Source of the DNA: an uncultured Alphaproteobacteria bacterium
GTDB lineage: Bacteria; Pseudomonadota; Alphaproteobacteria; Rhizobiales; Aestuariivirgaceae
Direction of reading: 5' to 3'
Length of the DNA: 64,000 nt
Assembly (NCBI GenBank): GCA_937864985.1
Contig: CALMEZ010000194.1
Location: 151-64,150, forward strand
Of the stretch, positions 11,622 through 22,284 are shown piece by piece. The translations under genes were made by a program, and so were the position numbers. The notes under the pieces were generated by a model. The model saw only the letters and a program-made list of their open reading frames with translations. It made no database searches and was not told the origin of the DNA. Position 1 is the first letter of the stretch. Every line of letters starts with the position of its first letter.

Positions 11622-13503
11622 GGATAGTACCGTCAGCCGTGCCACGGAATTTCCGTATGGCCGCAATCAAGCAAGCGATTGCAGCTGGGGTCATCCCATC
11701 GATTCGGCCCGCCTGACCGATTGTGCGGGGAGCAATACGGGCCAACTTGTGACGGAGTTCCATGGAAAGCCCCGGCAAGTCATGAAAGGGCAGACCCGAA
11801 GGAATGGCCAGGGCCGTTTCAGCCCGCGCCTCAGCGATCTCTCGCTTCTGGCGGTCCATATAACCGGAGTAGAGGGCATCGGCCTGAAGGGCTTGCTTGG
11901 CATGGCTTGGAAGTGCCCGTAGTTCAGGCCAGATGGTTTCCAGCTGCTCATATCCGACATCTGGCATGGCCATCAGCTGGAATGCTGTGCGATTCAAGCC
12001 ATCCTGGTTCACCTTGAGTCCCTGCTTCGAGGCCGCCGCAGACGTCAGCGAGAGTTTGTCGACGAGTTCACGAGCTGCCGTGATTTCCGCCAATCGGCGC
12101 GCAAAGGTCTCGGAGCGGGACGACCCCACCAGGCCCAAGTCCGCGCCTTTGAGTGTCAAACGCTGGTCGGCATTGTCAGCGCGCAGCATCAAACGGAATT
12201 CAGCCCGGGAAGTGAACATCCGGTATGGTTCGCTGACGCCCCGCGTCACCAAATCATCGACCATGACGCCGAGATAGCCATCCATCCGGTCGAAGATATA
12301 TTCTTCGGCACCAGCCACGGTCCGCGCCGCATTGAGACCCGCAATCAGGCCCTGCGCGGCCGCCTCCTCGTAGCCCGTCGTGCCGTTGATTTGGCCAGCA
12401 AGATAAAGGCCAGGCATCTTCTTGACTTGAAGTCCGCGCGTCAGCTCAGTCGGATCGACATGGTCATACTCGATGGCATAGCCCGGCCGCAGAATCCGAA
12501 CATTTTCCAGCCCGGGTATCGAGTGGATCAAGGCATGCTGTACGTCTTCCGGGAGGGATGTCGAAATGCCATTTGGGTAAACTGTGTGATCATCCAATCC
12601 TTCAGGTTCCAGAAAGATCTGGTGGTGGTCGCGGTCGCCAAACCGATGGACCTTGTCTTCAATCGAGGGGCAATACCGCGGCCCCACACCTTCGATCTGA
12701 CCCGAAAACAACGGCGAACGAGCGATGTTCGTTTGAATGATCCGATGGGTTTCCGGTGTCGTCTGTGTGATGAAACAGGAAATCTGGGGTGTCGTAATCC
12801 GCTCGGTCAGGAAGGAAAACGGTGTGGGCGGGTCGTCACCCTTCTGCTCATCAAGTTCACCCCATGCAATGGTGCGACCATCAAGCCGGGCAGGTGTTCC
12901 AGTCTTCAGGCGCCCGAGTCGCAGGCCGGCTTCGGCAAGTTGGCCTGAAATCCCCCTGGCAGGTGGCTCGCCAACACGGCCCGCCGGGATTTTGGTTTCT
13001 CCAATATGAATGAGACCATTGAGGAAGGTTCCCGTTGTGAGTACCACCGCGCCGGCATGAAAGCTTCGGCCATCTTCGGTAGTAATTCCAACGACACGCG
13101 AGCCATCCATAATAAGGCCGACCACTGCCCCTTCAACGATGGTCAAGTTTGGCTGGGATGACAAAGTATGTTGCATCGCCTGCCGATAAAGCTTGCGATC
13201 CGCCTGAGCCCGAGGCCCTCGAACTGCGGGTCCTTTTGATCTGTTGAGCAACCGAAACTGTATGCCTGCCGCATCAGCAACGCGGCCCATCAGGCCATCC
13301 AGAGCATCGATTTCACAAACAAGATGCCCTTTTCCCAAACCACCAATCGCCGGGTTGCAAGACATCTCACCAAGCGTGGCAAACCGGTGAGTGATCAGTG
13401 CAGTGGCTGCGCCGAGGCGCGCCGATGCAGCTGCTGCTTCAGAGCCGGCATGGCCGCCTCCGACCACGATCACATCAAACATCCGTGGGCTTGCGCCAGT
13501 CAT
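11611..13503 (-). CDS. mnmG: tRNA U34 carboxymethylaminomethyl modification enzyme MnmG/GidA
   Basis: [43 protein letters not shown]. Confidence 0.98.
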   Translation of the reverse strand: MTGASPRMFDVIVVGGGHAGSEAAAASARLGAATALITHRFATLGEMSCNPAIGGLGKGHLVCEIDALDGLMGRVADAAGIQFRLLNRSKGPAVRGPRAQADRKLYRQAMQHTLSSQPNLTIVEGAVVGLIMDGSRVVGITTEDGRSFHAGAVVLTTGTFLNGLIHIGETKIPAGRVGEPPARGISGQLAEAGLRLGRLKTGTPARLDGRTIAWGELDEQKGDDPPTPFSFLTERITTPQISCFITQTTPETHRIIQTNIARSPLFSGQIEGVGPRYCPSIEDKVHRFGDRDHHQIFLEPEGLDDHTVYPNGISTSLPEDVQHALIHSIPGLENVRILRPGYAIEYDHVDPTELTRGLQVKKMPGLYLAGQINGTTGYEEAAAQGLIAGLNAARTVAGAEEYIFDRMDGYLGVMVDDLVTRGVSEPYRMFTSRAEFRLMLRADNADQRLTLKGADLGLVGSSRSETFARRLAEITAARELVDKLSLTSAAASKQGLKVNQDGLNRTAFQLMAMPDVGYEQLETIWPELRALPSHAKQALQADALYSGYMDRQKREIAEARAETALAIPSGLPFHDLPGLSMELRHKLARIAPRTIGQAGRIDGMTPAAIACLIAAIRKFRGTADGTIHAA

Positions 13504-13556
13504 TGCACAATTCCTAACAATTCATTACTCCGTGGGCGGATCAGAATCCGCCAATC

Positions 13557-13572
13557 TGTTTCACGTGAAACA
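13557..13572. promoter_or_regulatory. parS centromere-like site (perfect consensus)
   Basis: TGTTTCACGTGAAACA between mnmE and mnmG, within a 20-bp palindrome at 13555-13574. Confidence 0.95.
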
Positions 13573-13576
13573 GACA

Positions 13577-14905
13577 TCATTTGCCGATGCAGAATTCGCT
13601 GAAGATCTGCCCGAGAAGCTCTTCCACACCGACACGGCCCGTGACCGATGCCAAAGATGACGCTGCTTTTCGCACGTCTTCTGCCATCAGCTCAAGCTGC
13701 GTGAGATCCTTTTGAAGGGCATCGTTAAGCAGCCGAATCGATTCTTCGACGGCAACAGTATGACGAAGTCTCACCATCACTGCGTTAGGCTGGAGTGAAA
13801 GTCGATCGCGGACGAGATGAGAAAGCCGTTCCTTCAGAGAGGCCATACCTTCATGTGTTTTCGTCGAAACCATGAACACACTGTCGTTACGCATATGAAT
13901 CGAACCCGGTGCTAAGAGGTCAGACTTGTTGCAAACCCAAAGATCCGGCTGACGCGCCGGCTGTTCGCCATTCGCCACGTCCGGACTCGTCACCCAGACA
14001 AGCAAGTCAGCAGCAGCCATTTCAGTACGTGAACGCTGAACGCCCTCTCGCTCAATATCATCACTGATCGCAGACCGAACGCCCGCAGTATCAGCCAGAG
14101 AAACCCGCACGCCATCGATCACGAGCGGCGCTTCAACCACATCGCGCGTCGTACCCGCAATCGGCGACACAATCGCCGCAGATCGCCCAACCAAACTGTT
14201 GAGTAGAGACGACTTGCCCACATTCGGAGCGCCGCCAATGACGATCCGCATCCCGCGCCGAATAGCAGATGCCTGCCGCGAAGCTTCCAAGGCAATGGAA
14301 AGCTCTTTCGTCAAGGCTTCGAGTAATGGCCTTGCCCGCTCCACAGCAGCTTCAGCGACACCTTCCTCATCAGTGAAATCAATTGATGCTTCGAGGTAAG
14401 CCAAGGCTGAAACCAATCTTTGCCGCCACCCCTGATAGACGGCACTCGCCTCGCCCATAAATTGCCGCATGGCGAGCCGGCGTTGGGAAGCTGTTTCGGC
14501 TTGAAGCAAATCAGCGAGGCCCTCAATCTCAACAAGATCGAGAATACCGTTTTCAAAAGCACGGCGGCTGAAGTCACCGGGGCCTGCCGGTTGAAGTCCT
14601 TCGATGTCTGAAAGTTCGCGCAACAACGCCTCAACGACGGTCTGGCTTCCATGAACATGAAATTCAGCAACATCGTCACCAGTTGCGCTCCTCGGGCCGG
14701 CAAACCAGATAACCAGGCCGCGATCGAGAACTTCACTGCGATCACACGTCCGGATTTCGCGGTAAGCGGCGACCCGTTCTTTCGGCAATGGAAAGGCAAG
14801 CCGCTCCACCGCAGCCCTAGCATGAGGGCCGGAAATGCGGATGACAGCGATACCAGCCCTACCCGAACCTGTAGAACACGCGAAAATACTGGGCTTCTGA
14901 ATCAT
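13577..14905 (-). CDS. mnmE: tRNA modification GTPase MnmE/TrmE
   Basis: GAPNVGKSS, AGTTRD, DTAG, NKSD, C-terminal FCIGK. Confidence 0.97.
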   Translation of the reverse strand: MIQKPSIFACSTGSGRAGIAVIRISGPHARAAVERLAFPLPKERVAAYREIRTCDRSEVLDRGLVIWFAGPRSATGDDVAEFHVHGSQTVVEALLRELSDIEGLQPAGPGDFSRRAFENGILDLVEIEGLADLLQAETASQRRLAMRQFMGEASAVYQGWRQRLVSALAYLEASIDFTDEEGVAEAAVERARPLLEALTKELSIALEASRQASAIRRGMRIVIGGAPNVGKSSLLNSLVGRSAAIVSPIAGTTRDVVEAPLVIDGVRVSLADTAGVRSAISDDIEREGVQRSRTEMAAADLLVWVTSPDVANGEQPARQPDLWVCNKSDLLAPGSIHMRNDSVFMVSTKTHEGMASLKERLSHLVRDRLSLQPNAVMVRLRHTVAVEESIRLLNDALQKDLTQLELMAEDVRKAASSLASVTGRVGVEELLGQIFSEFCIGK

Positions 14906-14943
14906 TTCGGAATCGAATCGATACCAAACCCGGTATGTCCGGA

Positions 14944-16227
14944 TCAGGCATTCATGGAATCGAAGAAGTCACTATTGGTCTTAGTCTGCCGCAACTTATC
15001 GAGCAGGAACTCGATGGCATCCACAGTCCCCATCGGATTCAGAATACGCCTCAACACGTAGGTCTTTTTCAACGTGTCAGACTTCACAATCAGCTCTTCC
15101 TTGCGCGTGCCAGAACGCAAAATGTCAATTGCCGGGAATACGCGCTTATCGGCCACCTTGCGATCCAGGATAATTTCCGAATTGCCAGTGCCCTTGAACT
15201 CTTCAAAAATCACTTCATCCATACGGCTGCCCGTATCAATCAGGGCAGTCGCGATGATCGTCAAAGAGCCGCCCTGCTCAATATTGCGCGCTGCGCCAAA
15301 AAACCGCTTTGGGCGCTGCAAGGCATTGGCATCAACACCGCCAGTCAGAACCTTTCCTGAAGATGGCACCACCGTATTGTAGGCGCGGCCCAAGCGCGTG
15401 ATGGAATCCAGCAGGATCACGACGTCACGCCCATGTTCCACGAGGCGCTTGGCCTTTTCGATCACCATCTCAGCAACTTGCACATGGCGCGTCGCCGGCT
15501 CGTCGAAGGTCGAACTAATCACCTCACCCTTCACCGAGCGCTGCATGTCGGTCACTTCCTCCGGCCGCTCGTCGATCAGCAAGACAATCAGATAGCATTC
15601 CGGATGATTTGTTGCGATTGAATGGGCGATGTTCTGAAGGATCACAGTTTTGCCGGTTCGTGGCGGCGCAACAATCAATCCACGTTGCCCCTTGCCGATA
15701 GGAGCCACAATATCAATGACGCGCGGACTCGCGTCCTTCCGCGTCGGATCGTTGATTTCCATCTCAAGACGCTCTTCAGGATAAAGCGGCGTGAGATTGT
15801 CAAAATGAACCTTATGCTTGACCTTTTCCGGATCCTCAAAGTTCACCGTGTTGACCTTAACAAGGGCAAAGTAGCGCTCGCCATCCTTGGGGCTGCGAAT
15901 CTGCCCCTCCACCGTATCCCCCGTACGAAGTGCAAACTTCCGGATTTGCGTAGGGCTAACGTAAATATCATCTGGCCCTGCCAGGTAGTTCGATTCCGCC
16001 GAACGGATAAAACCAAAACCATCCTGCAAGACCTCAATCACACCGGTGCCGATGATTTCCACGCTCCGAGCCGCGAGATTTTTCAAGATCGCAAACATCA
16101 GCTCCTGCTTACGCAAGGCTGAAGCATTCTCAACCTGAAGCTCTTCCGCCAGAACCACGAGTTCGGCAGGTTTTTTTGACTTGAGTTCGGAAAGCTTGAT
16201 CTCCTTGAGATCGACGAGAGAGGTCAT
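14944..16227 (-). CDS. rho: Transcription termination factor Rho
   Basis: [35 protein letters not shown]. Confidence 0.99.
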   Translation of the reverse strand: MTSLVDLKEIKLSELKSKKPAELVVLAEELQVENASALRKQELMFAILKNLAARSVEIIGTGVIEVLQDGFGFIRSAESNYLAGPDDIYVSPTQIRKFALRTGDTVEGQIRSPKDGERYFALVKVNTVNFEDPEKVKHKVHFDNLTPLYPEERLEMEINDPTRKDASPRVIDIVAPIGKGQRGLIVAPPRTGKTVILQNIAHSIATNHPECYLIVLLIDERPEEVTDMQRSVKGEVISSTFDEPATRHVQVAEMVIEKAKRLVEHGRDVVILLDSITRLGRAYNTVVPSSGKVLTGGVDANALQRPKRFFGAARNIEQGGSLTIIATALIDTGSRMDEVIFEEFKGTGNSEIILDRKVADKRVFPAIDILRSGTRKEELIVKSDTLKKTYVLRRILNPMGTVDAIEFLLDKLRQTKTNSDFFDSMNA

Positions 16228-16349
16228 AGGTCAGTCTTCATGAAAGGGCCCAGGGCGCAAAAAGCCAGCCAGCCGGACCGAGGGGAGGGACGTTCCCAAA
16301 GGAACAACAACTTATACCAAACATCTAATGAAAAGCAAACAGCCGTGAT

Positions 16350-16778
16350 TCAACTAAAAGGCTTCACGACGACACAGATCACAATGATGATCATCAACAT
16401 GGTCGGAACCTCATTGATAATCCGATAAAACGCCTGAGGCCTCAATCGCACGCCCTTTGCAAAAGCCAAGACATGCGTTCTGAGCACCCAATGGGACGCC
16501 ACCAAACCTGCAACACAGAAGAGCTTCACGGCCAGCCAAACATCCCCAAACGACCAGCCGCCCAGATGCACAAGAGCAAGGCCCGACAGCACTGCAACAA
16601 TTCCAGCGGGAGTCATAATCGCATTCAGAAGGCGACGCTCCATAACTCTGAAAGTTGCATCACTGTCCGATCCAACATCCACAACGCTGTGATACACCAT
16701 TAGCCGTGGCAAATACAGTAATCCAGCCATCCACGAAATTACGGCCACGACATGAAAAGCCTTTAGCCACAGGTACAT
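16350..16778 (-). CDS. hemJ: Protoporphyrinogen IX oxidase HemJ
   Basis: WLKAFHVVAVISWMAGLLYLPRL...NEVP; downstream of hemE. Confidence 0.93.
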   Translation of the reverse strand: MYLWLKAFHVVAVISWMAGLLYLPRLMVYHSVVDVGSDSDATFRVMERRLLNAIMTPAGIVAVLSGLALVHLGGWSFGDVWLAVKLFCVAGLVASHWVLRTHVLAFAKGVRLRPQAFYRIINEVPTMLMIIIVICVVVKPFS

Positions 16779-17813
16779 TCAATTTCCATCCTGCGCCCGA
16801 ACAGCGTCCAGCATCACCTGAACGTGGCCCGGATCAACATCGGGTGTGATTCCATGCCCCAGATTAAAGATATGGCGGCCTTTCGGAATATCCCTCAGCA
16901 GTTCAACGACCGAACCACGGATCACATCTGGATCCTCCAGCAAGACGCTTGGCGTCAAATTCCCCTGAACCGCAACTCCGTTCGGCAAACTATTCAGCAC
17001 GTCTGACAATGGGAGACCCTGCTCAACACCAACGGCATTGCCACCCGTTGCAATAGCCAATGATTGATGACCACGGCCAATGCCGCGGCCAAACACAATA
17101 ACTGGAAAACCGGGATACACAGCCCTCACGCCCCGAATGATAGCCGCAATCGGCTCTTCAACCACGCGCCTACGAATCTCTCCCGGAACATCTCCAGCCC
17201 AGCTATCAAAAATTTGAACTGCCTCAACTCCGCTTTCAATTTGGCCCAGCAGGTACGTCACTGAAGCCTCAATCAGCCGATCAAGCAAGACTCGAAACCA
17301 CTCCGGATTTTCAGCAGCAACGGACAACGCCCGCAACCGCTCTGAACCACGCCCCTCGATCATGTAACTGGATACCGTCCACGGCGCACCACAAAAGCCA
17401 ATAAGACTCACATGTCCGGCAAGACCTCTCCTGACAAGCCCAACTGTTTCACATACTTTCTTCAGTTGATCACTCTGACCCACGTCAACGAGCCGTCTGA
17501 CATCTTCCAAAGATCCAACGGTTTGAACGATCGGCCCTTCTCCTTCTTCAAAACGAAGATCAAGCCCCATGGCATGAGGGACGACCAGAATATCCGAGAA
17601 CAAAATTGCGGCATCAAAGTCAAACCGGCGCAATGGCTGCAACGTCACTTCTGCGGCAAGTTCAGGATTGTAACAAAGATCAAGGAACGAACCAGCCTTG
17701 GCACGAACTGACCTATACTCAGGAAGATAACGCCCCGCCTGCCGCATCACCCAAACTGGCCTGCGCGCAGGTTCACTGCCCTTCAAGACATCCAATAACG
17801 CTTTTGCGCCCAT
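16779..17813 (-). CDS. hemE: Uroporphyrinogen decarboxylase
   Basis: PVWVMRQAGRYLPEY, AAILFSDIL, FNLGHG; start ATG 17813 (the ORF extends to 17828). Confidence 0.96.
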   Translation of the reverse strand: MGAKALLDVLKGSEPARRPVWVMRQAGRYLPEYRSVRAKAGSFLDLCYNPELAAEVTLQPLRRFDFDAAILFSDILVVPHAMGLDLRFEEGEGPIVQTVGSLEDVRRLVDVGQSDQLKKVCETVGLVRRGLAGHVSLIGFCGAPWTVSSYMIEGRGSERLRALSVAAENPEWFRVLLDRLIEASVTYLLGQIESGVEAVQIFDSWAGDVPGEIRRRVVEEPIAAIIRGVRAVYPGFPVIVFGRGIGRGHQSLAIATGGNAVGVEQGLPLSDVLNSLPNGVAVQGNLTPSVLLEDPDVIRGSVVELLRDIPKGRHIFNLGHGITPDVDPGHVQVMLDAVRAQDGN

Positions 17814-17828
17814 TTCAATCCAATACAA

Positions 17829-18135
17829 ATAAACTTAGAATCTAAGTGTTGATTATGTTGGCCTGTTGGAATCCCGACCGATGTGGACAACATCAGAACA
17901 CCTCATTCCAATTACCACGGGGATGCAGAATCATCCAAACAAATCATACAATTCCGGCAACTGGACATTTGCGATTGTGGGCTTACCCATACCGAGCCTT
18001 AGACCACTCTCCATGTGGACAACCTTTCCCCAACACAGGACAAGGAAAAGCTCATCTCAACTTATCCACATTACTCACAGCCTCGCTGAAAGATGTTGAG
18101 AATACCTGACATGCTTCCTTTTTCTCCATCGAAAG
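17829..18135. other. Chromosomal replication origin oriC
   Basis: hemE-maf intergenic region; DnaA box TTATCCACA at 18062-18070, TGTGGACAA at 17882 and 18014, TTACTCACA at 18071; GANTC at 17838, 17869 and 17928; next to parAB/parS/mnmG. Confidence 0.88.
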
Positions 18136-18735
18136 ATGTTAAACGGCCGCATGCTCATCCTGGCATCCAATAGCTTGACACGGCGCAAACTGCTTCAAGA
18201 AGCGGGCGTCTCCTTTTGTGTGGCATCACCCAATTTTGATGAAGATGATGCCAAACATGCTGAGCCGACCCTTCCACCTGACGTTCTTTCGTTGCGCCTT
18301 GCGCACGGGAAAGCCCTCAGCGTATCCGTCGAAAAACCTTTAGATCATGTCATTGGGTCAGACCAGGTTCTGGAATGCCAGGGACGCATTTTTTCCAAGC
18401 CGTCGACCCTGGAAGAGGCGAAACAGCACCTGCTGGCCTTGAATGGCCGAAACCACTATCTCCACACGTCAGTCGCACTCGCATTCCACAATAAAATCAT
18501 CTGGACCCACACGGATAAAGTCTCAATGGGAATGCGCCAATTCTCGAACGCCTTTCTTGAATCCTATCTGTTGACTGAGAAGGAGGACATTCTTTTCAGT
18601 GTTGGTGCCTACAAATTCGAAGGATCGGGGATACAACTGTTCGACAGTGTTTGCGGAAACTTTCATTCCATTCTGGGTCTGCCACTCCTGCCCCTGTTGC
18701 AAGAACTGCGGAAGCATGGCCTTATCCCATCATGA
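18136..18735 (+). CDS. maf: Maf family nucleotide pyrophosphatase
   Basis: LILASNS..R, IGSDQ, KP, VGAY..EG, ILGLPL. Confidence 0.9.
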   Translation: MLNGRMLILASNSLTRRKLLQEAGVSFCVASPNFDEDDAKHAEPTLPPDVLSLRLAHGKALSVSVEKPLDHVIGSDQVLECQGRIFSKPSTLEEAKQHLLALNGRNHYLHTSVALAFHNKIIWTHTDKVSMGMRQFSNAFLESYLLTEKEDILFSVGAYKFEGSGIQLFDSVCGNFHSILGLPLLPLLQELRKHGLIPS

Positions 18736-19583
18736 ATGCCATCTCTCCACGTGCCTGCGTCATCGGTTGGCCAATCACCCATTCACGGTCACCGCTAATC
18801 CACAAATACTGGCTGAACCATCACGGCCTTGCCGGGTCATATGAACGTGTACCTGTTGAGCCGGAGAATCTGAACAAGTTCTTTGACTTGGTTCGTGCCG
18901 GTTCATTTGTTGGCTGTAATGTCACCCTGCCTCACAAGCAGGCGGCAACAGCATATATCGATCATGCAGATGAACGTGTTCGGCGCATCGGAGCATTGAA
19001 TACAGTGTGGCGTGAAGGCGATTTTCTTCACGCGACATCAACGGATGGGCCGGGTTACGCGTCAAATCTCCTTGCTGAGCACCCAGACTTTCGCTTTGAT
19101 GGAACAAAAATTTGCGTCCTCGGAGCCGGTGGATCGGCAAGATCCATAGTGGACGAACTGCTGCGCCGGAGCGCCTCCCGCATCATAGTCCATAACAGAA
19201 CCCAAAGCCGCGCAACCGAACTTGCTCTGCACTTTGGCAAAGGTGTTCTGGCATGCGACAGAACCGAACTTCCTGCACGATTGCAGGAAGTTGACCTTGT
19301 CATCAATACTACCTCAGCAGGGATCGGCAACTCGGACAAAATAGAAATTCCGTGGCATTCTGTGCCATCTGATGCAATTATTTCGGACATCAGCTACGTT
19401 CCGCTCGTAACGCCCTTCTTGAAGGAGGCCGCGCAAAATGGGCACCGGATATCGACCGGGCTTGGCATGCTGCTGCACCAGGCAGTTCTCGGTTTCGAAA
19501 AGTGGTTTGGAGTCAGGCCTGAGGTTACGCCGGAACTTTATGCATTGGTCGCCCGCGACATTGATCCGGACTTTCAGCCATGA
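18732..19583 (+). CDS. aroE: Shikimate dehydrogenase
   Basis: GWPITHSRSP.IH, NVTLPHK, GAGGSAR, GLGMLLHQA. Confidence 0.95.
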   Translation: MNAISPRACVIGWPITHSRSPLIHKYWLNHHGLAGSYERVPVEPENLNKFFDLVRAGSFVGCNVTLPHKQAATAYIDHADERVRRIGALNTVWREGDFLHATSTDGPGYASNLLAEHPDFRFDGTKICVLGAGGSARSIVDELLRRSASRIIVHNRTQSRATELALHFGKGVLACDRTELPARLQEVDLVINTTSAGIGNSDKIEIPWHSVPSDAIISDISYVPLVTPFLKEAAQNGHRISTGLGMLLHQAVLGFEKWFGVRPEVTPELYALVARDIDPDFQP

Positions 19584-20170
19584 AAGTGTTCGGATTGACA
19601 GGTTCAATTGCCATGGGGAAATCGGAAGTCGCCAAGGTTTTCCAACAAGGCGGCATCCCGGTTTTCGATTCCGATACCGAGGTTCACCGTCTTTACGACA
19701 GCAGCCAGGGAGCAGACCTCCTCAAGGATTGTGCGCCGGAAGCAACGGTAACGGGCCGGGTGGACCGGAAGGTCCTGACAGAGCTCATCCTTCGAGACAA
19801 AGACCTTTTGGCAAAGCTCGAAACAAGGGTCCATGCCGCAGTTCGTCGGAGACGTGACCAATTCATTGCTGATGCGCAATCACAAGGGGCAAAAGTTGCA
19901 ATCGTCGACGTACCGCTGCTTTTCGAGACTGGTGCGGAGAAGGGTCTTGACGGTGTCATCGTCGTATCGGCACCTGAAAATGACCAACGCGCGCGTGCGC
20001 TTGCGAGGCCCGGCATGACGGTTGATCGGCTGGACCTGATTCTGAAGCGCCAGATGCCGGACAAAGAAAAACGTAGCCGTGCAACCTATATTCTGGAGAA
20101 CACAGGAACCTTGGCGGATCTCCATTCAGCGACAACGGCATTGATCTCAAGGCTATTGGAAGATGCGTGA
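19580..20170 (+). CDS. coaE: Dephospho-CoA kinase
   Basis: [18 protein letters not shown]. Confidence 0.95.
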   Translation: MKVFGLTGSIAMGKSEVAKVFQQGGIPVFDSDTEVHRLYDSSQGADLLKDCAPEATVTGRVDRKVLTELILRDKDLLAKLETRVHAAVRRRRDQFIADAQSQGAKVAIVDVPLLFETGAEKGLDGVIVVSAPENDQRARALARPGMTVDRLDLILKRQMPDKEKRSRATYILENTGTLADLHSATTALISRLLEDA

Positions 20171-20858
20171 AATCATACTTGATACCGAGACAACCGGCCT
20201 TTCGCCGCAGGAAGGTCACCGCATTGTAGAAATCGGCGCTGTCGAACTGTTCAATCATATTCCAACGGGCAAGACGTACCACGTTTATCTCGATCCCGAG
20301 CGGGACATGCCCAAGGAAGCAGAAGCGGTTCACGGCTTGTCGGCGACGTTTCTGAAGGGCAAGCCAAAATTTGCTGAAGTGGCCGACGAATTTCTGACTT
20401 TCATCGAAGATTCGCTGCTTGTCATCCACAACGCATCTTTCGACATGAACTTCATCAATTATGAGTTGCTTACGTCTGGCAAGAAGCAAATTGATCCGGG
20501 ACGCGTGGTGGATACGCTGCAGATGGCGCGTCGCAAACATCCTATGGCACAGAACAGCCTGGACGCCCTGTGCAAGCGTTACGGCGTGGACCTGTCGAAG
20601 CGCACACTTCATGGCGCACTTCTGGATTCGGAGCTGCTGGCAGAGGTTTATCTTGAACTTCTGGGTGGGCGCCAGACCGCTTTCGGGTTGGCAACACCAG
20701 AACCCAAGAGGCAAAGGCATATCGTCGCCGCGACGGGCCCGGTTTCAAAAACGAGGCCAGCACCTCTTCCATCCCGCCTCACCGTGGAGGAGATGGAACG
20801 GCATGCTGCATTGGTCAAGGACCTGGGTGAAAAGTGCCTTTGGATTGCTGAGAGCTGA
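20163..20858 (+). CDS. dnaQ: DNA polymerase III subunit epsilon
   Basis: LDTETTG, HNASFD, HGALLDS. Confidence 0.97.
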   Translation: MREIILDTETTGLSPQEGHRIVEIGAVELFNHIPTGKTYHVYLDPERDMPKEAEAVHGLSATFLKGKPKFAEVADEFLTFIEDSLLVIHNASFDMNFINYELLTSGKKQIDPGRVVDTLQMARRKHPMAQNSLDALCKRYGVDLSKRTLHGALLDSELLAEVYLELLGGRQTAFGLATPEPKRQRHIVAATGPVSKTRPAPLPSRLTVEEMERHAALVKDLGEKCLWIAES

Positions 20859-20864
20859 ATAGCC

Positions 20865-21452
20865 TCAAGCTTGCGCCTGGCCCTGCTGTTGAGCGGCCAA
20901 ACGGCGCTGATACATGGCAACGAAATCAATCGGGTCCAGCATCAGCGGAGGAAAGCCGCCATTGCGCGTCGCATCGGCCAGAACCTGCCGGGCAAACGGA
21001 AACAGGAACCGGGGGCATTCAATCAGCACAGCTGCCTGCAGAATGTTTGCCGGATAATTCTCAAGTTTGAAAATGCCCGCATAGAGCAGGTCGGCAGCAA
21101 AGATCATCTTGCCTTCGGCTGTGGCCTTGGCATCAAGGTGCAGTTCAACTTCGAAATCATTGGGGCCAATATTGCGCGCATTCACATTGACAGCGATATT
21201 GATGTCTGGCTGGTTTTGCTGGGGTGCCAGAGATTGTGGTGCATTCGGGTTTTCGAATGAAAAATCCTTCAGATACTGCCCGAGAATCCTGAGTGAAGGT
21301 TGCTGACCGGGCGTTGGCGCAGGCGCGGAAAGAGTTGGTTCGGAAGCGCTGGCAGCTGCAGTTGTTTCGGTCGCAGCGCCATTGTTCCGCGGCGGGGCTT
21401 TGACAGCAGCCTTGTGCGGCACCGGTTTGCCTGGTTTTGTGGTCTTTGCCAT
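20865..21452 (-). CDS. secB: Protein-export chaperone SecB
   Basis: QYLKDFSFENP, CP.FLFPFAR, GGFPPLMLDPIDF. Confidence 0.95.
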   Translation of the reverse strand: MAKTTKPGKPVPHKAAVKAPPRNNGAATETTAAASASEPTLSAPAPTPGQQPSLRILGQYLKDFSFENPNAPQSLAPQQNQPDINIAVNVNARNIGPNDFEVELHLDAKATAEGKMIFAADLLYAGIFKLENYPANILQAAVLIECPRFLFPFARQVLADATRNGGFPPLMLDPIDFVAMYQRRLAAQQQGQAQA

Positions 21453-21621
21453 GTTGATTTGCCTCTCGAAAGGGATGCCGCAAGCGCCGACTTGCAGGAA
21501 ACGCATCGTTAAAATGGTGGCTATCACGAAGATAAAGGCCTGACAACCTCCGGCAACAACAAACTAGGAAAAGCCACATCCAGAGACTATATGAGGCCTC
21601 AACAGCAGGACTGGTGAGTAA

Positions 21622-22284
21622 ATGCTTTCTGACCCCTTAACCCTTCTCGTCATTGCAGTCGCAGCTATCATCGGCTGGCGGCTTTGGTCGGTTTTGGGGC
21701 AGAGGACGGGATTTGAGCGTGAATGGCCTCGTCCCCTTGAAGGACCATCCCCAAAAGCCATCGATATGTCACCAGATCGCGAAAAAACCGTACCGGCGAC
21801 AAGTGATTGGAGCAAGTACGGGAGAGGCGACGCTTCTTTGGCGAAAGCTCTTTCCGACATTGCCGGACGAGACCGGACCTTCAACCCTGAAAGCTTCTTG
21901 GCTGGAGCTTCACGCGCATACGAAATGATCAATTCGGCTTTTGCGAAGGGTGACAAAAAGGCTCTGCAGCCACTGCTGTCGCGGGAAATCATGAAAGAGT
22001 TTTCAGCAGATATTGACCGCATGCAAGCCGCCGGGGAGCGGATGTCCTGGCAGCTGGTCAAAGTTGAATCCACCGAAATGAAAAATGCATCGCTTTCGGG
22101 CAATCTGGCCCGGATCGACGTGCATTTCACCAGTTCCGTCATCAGTTCGACCGTAGACAAGGACGGCAAGATCGTCGAGGGTCATATGACTGCGATTGAG
22201 CACGTGGAAGACGTCTGGACATTTGAACGTGCAACCAATCTGTCCGATCCCAATTGGAAGCTTGTTGCCACAACACCGCAATGA
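21622..22284 (+). CDS. Tim44/TimA family adaptor protein
   Basis: L.SVLG.RTG.E, FL.GA..AYEMI..AFA.GD, DVWTFER...PNWKLVAT. Confidence 0.9.
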   Translation: MLSDPLTLLVIAVAAIIGWRLWSVLGQRTGFEREWPRPLEGPSPKAIDMSPDREKTVPATSDWSKYGRGDASLAKALSDIAGRDRTFNPESFLAGASRAYEMINSAFAKGDKKALQPLLSREIMKEFSADIDRMQAAGERMSWQLVKVESTEMKNASLSGNLARIDVHFTSSVISSTVDKDGKIVEGHMTAIEHVEDVWTFERATNLSDPNWKLVATTPQ

